Assembly: GCA_026625185.1 (NCBI GenBank)
Contig: CP113000.1
Location: forward strand, 2,532,651 to 2,564,650
Source of the DNA: Thermodesulfobacteriota bacterium
GTDB taxonomy: Bacteria > Desulfobacterota > WTBG01 > JAGOGO01
Length of the DNA: 32,000 nucleotides
Reading direction: 5' to 3'
This document shows, one piece after another, positions 26,110-32,000 of the stretch. Both the position numbers and the translations under genes were made by a program. The notes under the pieces were generated by a model. The model did no database searches, had not been told where the DNA came from, and saw only the letters and a program-made list of their open reading frames with translations. Position 1 is the stretch's first letter. Each line of letters opens with the position of its first letter.

Positions 26110-26892
26110 ATGAGCGTATATGCGGCAGGGATTGATATCGGGTCAGCATTTTCCAAAGGAGTCATTTTTAAAAACAAACAGACTTTGGGTTTTTGTTGCA
26201 TTCCCTCGGGAGGAGATTATAGGGCGACTGCTGAGAAAATAAAAAAAGAACTGCTTTCTAAAACCGGCCTCTCTTCACCTGCGCCAATTTTTACGGTAGC
26301 GACTGGTCTGGGCGCAAAGATGGTAGGTTTTGCTGATGTAATCAGAACTGAATTATCCTGCCATGCAAGAGGAATTATCACTATTTTCCCTTCCGTAAGA
26401 ACAGTTGTGGATATTGGCGATTCTTACAGTAGAGCGTTGCGGATTGATGAACACGGCCATCTCTTAAAATTTTTATTGAGTGGTAAGTGTGCCGGAGGAA
26501 GTGCAAGGATCTTAAAAAAAATTGCCAAAATTTTACAGGTAAAACTCGAGGAGTTGGGGCCCCTGTCATTGCGTTCCCAAAAACAGGTTGATTTTAACAC
26601 CAACTGTGCCGTTTTTGCTGAGTCGGAGGCAGTATCCCGGATTGCGGAAGGAGCCTCCAAGGAGGACCTTTTGGCCGGAATACACCGAGCGTTAGCAGCT
26701 CAAGTCAATAATCTTGCCGAACGGGTTGGAATAGAAAAGGACTATGCATTGGTTGGTGGGGGAGCAAAAGATGAAGGTCTGGTTAAGGCAGTGGAGTTGA
26801 TGAACGGCTTTAACCTTGTGGTGCCGTCTGAACCCCTTCTTACGGCTGCACTCGGCGCTGCAATTCTTGCGGAAGAAATGGCACCAGCCTAA
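26110..26892 (+). CDS. HgdC/BcrAD-family ATPase, divergent paralog
   Basis: It has GIDIGSAFSKGVI, Cys contexts SGKCAGGSARIL and NTNCAVFAESE, and LVGGGAKDEG. The phosphate-2 motif reads DIGDSYSRAL instead of D(I/V)GGQD. Confidence 0.8.
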   Translation: MSVYAAGIDIGSAFSKGVIFKNKQTLGFCCIPSGGDYRATAEKIKKELLSKTGLSSPAPIFTVATGLGAKMVGFADVIRTELSCHARGIITIFPSVRTVVDIGDSYSRALRIDEHGHLLKFLLSGKCAGGSARILKKIAKILQVKLEELGPLSLRSQKQVDFNTNCAVFAESEAVSRIAEGASKEDLLAGIHRALAAQVNNLAERVGIEKDYALVGGGAKDEGLVKAVELMNGFNLVVPSEPLLTAALGAAILAEEMAPA

Positions 26893-26925
26893 CCGGTTAC
26901 TTAAAAGCGTTTTTAAAAGGAGAAA

Positions 26926-28092
26926 ATGTTAATGGAAGAAAAGCAAAAAGGCATGTGGCCATTGGTGGAAAAGTATTACCAGGACTACGGCAGCCGGGCG
27001 AGAGAACTAAAAAAGGATGGGATAAAGTTTATGGGATATATCTGTTCCTTTGTTCCGGTTGAAATTATCCGGGCTGCCGGTTTTGTTCCTTTTAGGATCA
27101 GGGGCAACGTGCATGAGCCGATCACCAAAGGTAATACTCAGTTGGAAACTATTGCCTGTCCTTTTATGCGAAGTTGTTTCGATCTTTCCTTCAAAGGACA
27201 CTACGACTTTTGTGAAGGGGTTATTATACCCCACGCCTGCGACAGCATGACCAGGTCTTACAGTGTATGGAAGTATTCACTCGGACTTCCCTATTCTCAT
27301 TTTGTTAATGTCCCGCACACCGTCAACGCAGCCTCACTCCAGTTTTTTGAGGCCGAGCTTAATACCTTTCGAAAAAGCTTAGGGAGGTATGCGGGTAAAG
27401 AGATCAACACGGCAGAAATTGCTCAGGCTATTACCGCCTATAACCAACTGCGAAAAAAAGTTAAAGCCCTTTACGAGCTCCGGAAGACCAATCCCCCTCT
27501 GGTCTCAGGAACGGAGATGGCAAAGTTGCTCACGGTAACGGCCGGGCTTCCAGTGGAAGAAGCCAACCTCCTCTGCGATCAAGCCCTTGACCAACTGCCC
27601 CAGCGCACCGCGCCTTCCGACAAAAAGTTCCCCCGGATTCTGATTGATGGTGCCTGCATTGACAACATCGATCTTGTGCAACTTGTTGAAGAGAGTGGTG
27701 CCAGCGTAGTGGCCGATGACCTCTGTCTGGGCATGCGGGACTTTTGGCCAACCACTGACGTAGACCAGGATCCCCTCAAGGCGCTCAGCCGCCGTTATCT
27801 TGAGAAGTTGAACTGCCCCCGTACCTTTCGGCAGAGCCCGGGAGGGAGCCTGTCTGATGACCTGCAGGCGCGGTTCGGAGATATGGGGGCGCACATCAAA
27901 GAGTTCGGGGTTGACGGGATTATTATCTATGTTTACAAATACTGTGATCCCTTCGGCTTTGAGGTTTCAGCCCGCAAGGCCTACCTAAGCTCCCTGGGGG
28001 TCAGCATCCTTTACCTTGAGGACGAGTACTCGGCCGGTACCATTGGCCGCCTGAGGACTAGGATTCAGGCATTTCTGGAAATGATGGGGTAA
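26926..28092 (+). CDS. HGD-D family subunit, BcrC/BzdN/HgdB-like
   Basis: 388 aa with family Cys contexts IACPFMRSC, PHACDSM and YKYCDPFGFE, and the C-terminus LEDEYS. An alternative ATG at 26932 has better SD spacing. Confidence 0.8.
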   Translation: MLMEEKQKGMWPLVEKYYQDYGSRARELKKDGIKFMGYICSFVPVEIIRAAGFVPFRIRGNVHEPITKGNTQLETIACPFMRSCFDLSFKGHYDFCEGVIIPHACDSMTRSYSVWKYSLGLPYSHFVNVPHTVNAASLQFFEAELNTFRKSLGRYAGKEINTAEIAQAITAYNQLRKKVKALYELRKTNPPLVSGTEMAKLLTVTAGLPVEEANLLCDQALDQLPQRTAPSDKKFPRILIDGACIDNIDLVQLVEESGASVVADDLCLGMRDFWPTTDVDQDPLKALSRRYLEKLNCPRTFRQSPGGSLSDDLQARFGDMGAHIKEFGVDGIIIYVYKYCDPFGFEVSARKAYLSSLGVSILYLEDEYSAGTIGRLRTRIQAFLEMMG

Positions 28093-28201
28093 AACAGAAG
28101 GGGTGAACTGCCGGAACAGTGGAGTCGTGGGAAAAACGAACCCATACCCCATTATCCCCAATACATGAGAAGAAGTACTATTATGATGGAGGTTTTTATT
28201 T

Positions 28202-29602
28202 ATGGCTGAGGAGCAGAAGAAGAACGAAAATCAAAAACGAAGAACCGCCACTAAGGCTGCATCCATGATTGGTCCGATGGTTAAGGAATTGATCGCCGCC
28301 ACCCATCGCGCCAAAGCAGAGGGAAAGAAACTCGCCTATACTTTTATCTCCTGTCACTACGAAGAAATCGTCCGGGCGATGGATGTCGTGCCGGTGTGGA
28401 CAGAGAATTTTGCGGGAATCTGCGGAGCAAAGCGTGATGCCGAGAGATTCCTTTCCCGGGCCGAGTCCCTCGACTTTTCCCGATCCCTGTGTTCCTATGC
28501 CCTGTGTGGTATTGGATTTGATCAGTGGCGTGAAGATCTCGGAGAAATGCCCCCCGATCCCCCCTGGGGGGGACAGGGCCGGCCGGATATGATGCTCTCC
28601 AGCGGCCAGATTCTCTGTGACCCCCGCAACAAATGGTATCAGGCAGCGCAGCAGTTCATGCCCGATGTCCCCAACTATAACTTCAGCATCCCCTGGCCTC
28701 TTTATGATGATGATATCGAGCTGACAGAAATCGAGCCTTATTACATCAAGTACATTGTCTCGGAATTAAAGGGCCTCATCGCCTTTCTGGAAACCCAAAC
28801 CCAGAAGAGAATGGATTACGACCGCTTGGGGGAACTGGTGAATCTCACCGAGCGCACCTGGAATATGATCTGGGAGACTTACGAGCTCCGGCGCGCTGTG
28901 CCCACCCCGATGGATACCGGCGACGCGATGAACACTATGGTGCCCTGGGCATTCATGATGGCCACCCAGGAGAGCTATAACTTCTTCGCTGAGTTAAACC
29001 GGGAGCTTAAAGAAAAAATTGCCAGAAAGGAAGGAGTTATCAAAGATGAGAAATATCGGTTGCTCTGGGGCGGAGGCCTTCCCGCCTGGTTTGCGCTCAA
29101 GGATTTCAACTATTTTAACAGCAAAGGTGCGGTGTTCCCGGTAGAGACCACCTACCGTTTAATTGAACCGATTTACCGCCTCAACATTCCTGATACCAAT
29201 GACCCACTGGAACGGATCGCCTACCGCTGGTTTCGTTACTGGACCTATATGTACGACAAAGCCAAGAAAAGGCCGGGCTCGGAACCGGACGTGGAGCGCC
29301 TGATTCAGTTCATTGAGGATTATAAGATAGACGGGGTGGTAATGCACGAAGCCTTTTCCTGCCGCACCTGGCACCTCGGCCTAATCTGGCAGCTCAGCCA
29401 GCTCAAGAAAATCTATAAGCCGGTGCCGTTCCTCACCATAGGGCCGGATGGCACCAAAAATGTGGAACACCGGGAGCTGCCCACCCTGATACTGGAAAGT
29501 GATATCATCGACATCAACTCCTATTCCGAGGCGGATACCCGGAATCGCATTGATGCCTTTATCGAGACCCTGGAATCAATCAAGAAACAGCGGGAAAATT
29601 AA
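28202..29602 (+). CDS. HGD-D family subunit, BcrB/BzdO/HgdA-like
   Basis: 466 aa; GGAGG lies 9 nt upstream of the ATG. Motifs include SLCSYALCG, RPDMMLSSGQILCDPRNKW, EKYRLLWGGGLPAW, IDGVVMHEAFSCRTWHLG and LESDIIDINSYSEADTRNRIDAFIETL. Confidence 0.8.
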   Translation: MAEEQKKNENQKRRTATKAASMIGPMVKELIAATHRAKAEGKKLAYTFISCHYEEIVRAMDVVPVWTENFAGICGAKRDAERFLSRAESLDFSRSLCSYALCGIGFDQWREDLGEMPPDPPWGGQGRPDMMLSSGQILCDPRNKWYQAAQQFMPDVPNYNFSIPWPLYDDDIELTEIEPYYIKYIVSELKGLIAFLETQTQKRMDYDRLGELVNLTERTWNMIWETYELRRAVPTPMDTGDAMNTMVPWAFMMATQESYNFFAELNRELKEKIARKEGVIKDEKYRLLWGGGLPAWFALKDFNYFNSKGAVFPVETTYRLIEPIYRLNIPDTNDPLERIAYRWFRYWTYMYDKAKKRPGSEPDVERLIQFIEDYKIDGVVMHEAFSCRTWHLGLIWQLSQLKKIYKPVPFLTIGPDGTKNVEHRELPTLILESDIIDINSYSEADTRNRIDAFIETLESIKKQREN

Positions 29603-29657
29603 CTCGTTATCCGGTTTAGCTCATTGTCTGGTTTACAAACCAGGGCACGTTTATCAA

Positions 29658-29863
29658 CGACCCTTTAATGCGGCGGTTCTAAAGTATATCGCCATCGATC
29701 CTAAACGTTATTCCTTGAAAGATGTCCGACACACCACTGCGAGCTTAATGCACCGCAAAGGGGTTCATACCAAGTCGCCTTTATTTGTATATCTTTGTTG
29801 TCTCGTCATACTCCTCGACGCACTTAAATGTACGCCTGCGTCGATTTCTCGTCGCCGTCTTGA
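29658..29863 (+). pseudogene. Tyrosine recombinase/integrase C-terminal remnant (5'-truncated, frameshifted, with an internal stop)
   Basis: Frame 0 reads RPFNAAVLKYIAIDPKRYSLKDVRHTTASLMHRKGV, matching the HxLRHT.As.l...Gv box. A +1 shift then gives LLSRHTPRRT*MYACV, resembling LLGH....T..Y(catalytic Tyr)ahv. Only about 70 codons remain. It lies 245 nt from the tRNA-Lys 3' end. Confidence 0.55.
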
Positions 29864-30107
29864 TCTACTTTTAAATGCAACTTGGTATCATGTATTGGCA
29901 AACAAAGACCAATTACGACCTACTAAAGTAAAAATTACTATCGATTTCTATATTGGGTCAGATAGGAGATATTAATGTAAATAGATTAAGGAATTGATTC
30001 TCAATAGTGGGGAAAAATCGGGAAATGATGATTTTTTAAATTACCCGGATTACCTATAAGACTACCTACAAAATTAAAACAACTTAATAAATTAGAGGGT
30101 TAGGTAA

Positions 30108-30180
30108 TGGGCCGTCGGGGGATCGAACCCCAAGCCTACTGATTAAGAGTCAGTTGCTCTGCCGATTGAGCTAACGGCCC
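30108..30180 (-). tRNA. tRNA-Lys (anticodon CTT)
   Basis: The reverse complement GGGCCGTTAGCTCAATCGGCAGAGCAACTGACTCTTAATCAGTAGGCTTGGGGTTCGATCCCCCGACGGCCCA folds as a cloverleaf with anticodon stem ACTGA/TCAGT and loop CTCTTAA. Confidence 0.9.
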
Positions 30181-30339
30181 TTAACACCTTTAGAAAGTCC
30201 CGCTGCTTGCCGCTTAGAAATTTTTCATTATTACCAATGAGTTCTCTTTAGTAAGCTGCTTCTAACAGGCAAACAGCGGATATAATTTCCTTTTGGTGCT
30301 AATCACATTGGGAGGTCGGAGACCTTCTAACGTGGTTTA

Positions 30340-30416
<77 letters not shown>

Positions 30417-30420
30417 CAAA

Positions 30421-30495
30421 GGTGAGTGAAGGGATTCGAACCCTCGACCACTGAGGCCACAACCCAGTGCTCTAACCAGCTGAGCTACACCCACC
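30421..30495 (-). tRNA. tRNA-His (anticodon GTG, with encoded G-1)
   Basis: The reverse complement GGTGGGTGTAGCTCAGCTGGTTAGAGCACTGGGTTGTGGCCTCAGTGGTCGAGGGTTCGAATCCCTTCACTCACC has loop TTGTGGC. An extra 5' G lies opposite the discriminator C, as is typical of tRNA-His. Confidence 0.85.
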
Positions 30496-30509
30496 ATAAA
30501 TTTCATGAA

Positions 30510-30583
<74 letters not shown>

Positions 30584-30972
30584 AGATATTGAAACATTTG
30601 GAAAAAAATATCAATAAAAAAAACTGAAACTTTTATTTTCTTTTAGAATACAGAAGTCAAGCGATTTATTTTTAACTAGCTTATCTTTTTTATATTTTTC
30701 AATAGAACAAGCTTTTTGTCAACAGGTCATTTCAAAAGAATGATTCACCTTAAAATTTTTTGTTGACATAACGAGCGATTATTAGTAAAGATTCAATTCT
30801 GTTGGATAAAAAATTCCAAAAATGAAGGTGTTTAAAGTTACGAAAAACCTTTACAGTTTGTAAAAAGTATATATTTTATCGTTCTGAAACTCCGCTAACC
30901 AACGTGTTCCTTTTTCCTAAAAATTCAGGAAATATCAATGATTTAGCTCTATCTTTTTCTATTTTTTTGGAT

Positions 30973-30988
30973 TGGAATGGCTATTGCA
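30973..30988 (+). promoter_or_regulatory. Candidate sigma-54 (-24/-12) promoter upstream of the acyl-CoA dehydrogenase gene
   Basis: TTGGAATGGCTATTGCA has TGG and TTGCA at the canonical GG-N10-GC spacing, about 130 nt upstream of the ATG at 31117. The -24 half is weak (TGGAAT versus TGGCAC). Confidence 0.3.
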
Positions 30989-31116
30989 CTCTTTCAAAAA
31001 ATAATTAAAGAGGAGCACCGGAGTAGAGAATTTTTAGAGCTGAGACCCCACACTAACGTGCAAAAATTTTAAGCCTCAGCTGGTCAAATTCACCACCAAA
31101 AGAAAGGAGTTTTACA

Positions 31117-32000
31117 ATGAAGTTCGACTTTACCGAAGAACAAAAATCAATGATGGAGGTTGGGCGGGATTTTGCGGAAAAAGATATCCTTCCCACTCAA
31201 GAAGAGGATGAAAAAGCACATCATTTTCGTAAAGAAACCTTTAAAAAGATGGCGGAATTGGGTTTTTTTGGGTGCGTTATTCCCGAAAAATATGGCGGCA
31301 ATGAGACCGGGCACCTGTGCGCTGCTTTGTTAACCGAAGAGATTGCTCGGGTGAGCGCTTCCTGGACGTTGCCTTTTAATATGCAGATGTGGGGACCCGC
31401 GTTTACTATTCTTAACTATGGCAATGAAGAACAGAAGGAAAAGTATATTCCCGCATTAGTGAACGGCGATGTGATTGGTGCGTTTGCCATTACGGAACCG
31501 AATTCCGGTTCGGATGTGGCTGGCATGGGAACCACGGCAACGGAAACTGATGACGGGTATATTTTGAACGGGCAGAAGATGTGGATTTCAAACGCCCAAA
31601 CAGCGGATATGTCGTTAGTATATGCATATACAGATAAGGCGAAAAAGCACAAAGGCATTTCCTGCTTTTTAGTTGATATGAAAAACAATCCGGGCATCAA
31701 AACTGCGGCGATTGAGACCAAACTCGGACTTTTTTGCGCCCCTACAGGAGAAATAGCTTTTGAAGACGCGAAAATTCCGAAATCAGCTCTCCTGGGACAA
31801 AAGGGCGATGGTTTTAAGATCTGCATGTGGCAACTCAATAACACCCGTTTGGGTTGCGCTGCTCGCGGGGTGGGAATCGCCCGCGGCTGTCACGAACATG
31901 CAATCAAGTATGCTTTGGAGAGAACTCAGTTTGGTCAACCTATTGCTGAATTTGAGATGATCCAGGATCAACTCGCCCTGATGTACGTGGAGTATGAGGC
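31117..32000 (+). CDS. Acyl-CoA dehydrogenase, 3'-partial (runs off the right edge)
   Basis: ATG at 31117 follows AAGGAG. My translation is MKFDFTEEQKSMMEVGRDFAEKDILP...GAFAITEPNSGSDVAGMGTTA...GYILNGQKMWISNA...FGQPIAEFEMIQDQLA, the classic ACAD pattern. It is absent from the ORF track because there is no in-window stop. Confidence 0.9.
   Translation, partial: MKFDFTEEQKSMMEVGRDFAEKDILPTQEEDEKAHHFRKETFKKMAELGFFGCVIPEKYGGNETGHLCAALLTEEIARVSASWTLPFNMQMWGPAFTILNYGNEEQKEKYIPALVNGDVIGAFAITEPNSGSDVAGMGTTATETDDGYILNGQKMWISNAQTADMSLVYAYTDKAKKHKGISCFLVDMKNNPGIKTAAIETKLGLFCAPTGEIAFEDAKIPKSALLGQKGDGFKICMWQLNNTRLGCAARGVGIARGCHEHAIKYALERTQFGQPIAEFEMIQDQLALMYVEYE

Larger units (their letters stand above)
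19129..30180. mobile_element. Putative decayed integrative island at tRNA-Lys(CTT), about 11 kb
   Basis: An intact tRNA-Lys and a same-orientation 42-nt 3'-half copy bracket the segment. An integrase remnant lies just inside the intact tRNA. The insertion separates tRNA-Lys from tRNA-Leu in what reads as one tRNA operon. Confidence 0.5.

Noticed and set aside
29611-29650. tRNA-like string ggtttagctca...ctggtttacaaaccag (D-loop-like AGCTCA and an anticodon-like stem-loop)
   Set aside because: It has no complementary D-stem strand, no T-arm and no acceptor pairing, and the loop is 6 nt (or 2 nt with the full stem). It is at most a weak hairpin or terminator after the operon, or a scrap of att-region sequence.
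29499-29975. 158-aa plus-strand ORF treated as an intact gene
   Set aside because: Its first third is an alternative frame of the dehydratase-subunit 3' end. Only ~29658-29770 shows recombinase-like sequence, and the remaining conserved box appears only after a frameshift and contains a stop. I therefore called it a pseudogene remnant.
30763-30791. TTGACA-17nt-TAAAGA sigma-70-like promoter in the tRNA/ACAD intergenic region
   Set aside because: The -10 matches only 3 of 6 positions and lies ~330 nt from the ACAD start. It cannot be distinguished from chance in this AT-rich spacer.
31416-31971. Minus-strand ORFs (142 aa and 62 aa) and a 66-aa plus-strand ORF near the right edge
   Set aside because: They overlap the strongly supported acyl-CoA dehydrogenase reading frame that starts at 31117.

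Overview
Bacterial chromosomal window. The gene content (HgdC/BCR-type radical-enzyme genes, a GlcD/GlcF-type dehydrogenase, a candidate sigma-54 promoter) suggests an anaerobe, possibly Desulfobacterota/Syntrophia-like, but lineage is a low-confidence inference. Left to right: (1) a 3'-partial secreted Gly/Tyr-rich protein built on perfect 51-bp tandem repeats; (2) an alsD(budA)-alsS acetoin operon whose decarboxylase carries an N-terminal ribbon-helix-helix domain; (3) a decayed CoA-transferase remnant in about 1.5 kb of mostly non-coding DNA; (4) a tightly coupled four-gene partner-switching operon (STAS antagonist, anti-sigma-type Ser kinase, orphan periplasmic binding protein, Cache-HAMP-PP2C phosphatase) with no sigma factor nearby; (5) hsp20; (6) a 3.1-kb cassette (7-TPR protein plus an AAA+ ATPase with a tandem MshEN-type motif) bracketed by tRNA-Val(TAC) and a 42-nt copy of its 3' half; (7) the core tig-clpP-clpX-lon block; (8) an ~11-kb segment bracketed by tRNA-Lys(CTT) and a 42-nt copy of its 3' half, with a decayed tyrosine-integrase remnant next to the intact tRNA; (9) tRNA-Arg/His/Arg and a 3'-truncated (runs off the right edge) acyl-CoA dehydrogenase gene. 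The best candidate for an undescribed system is the cargo of the tRNA-Lys island. It carries a BcrC/BcrB- or HgdB/HgdA-like two-subunit radical enzyme, two unlike HgdC/BcrAD-type ATPases, a divergent GlcD/GlcF-like flavo-Fe-S dehydrogenase pair, an MBL-fold hydrolase and a DhnA/ADH-synthase-type class I aldolase. The second candidate is the integrase-less tRNA-Val cassette. All calls come from reading the sequence and ORF translations; no database search was possible.
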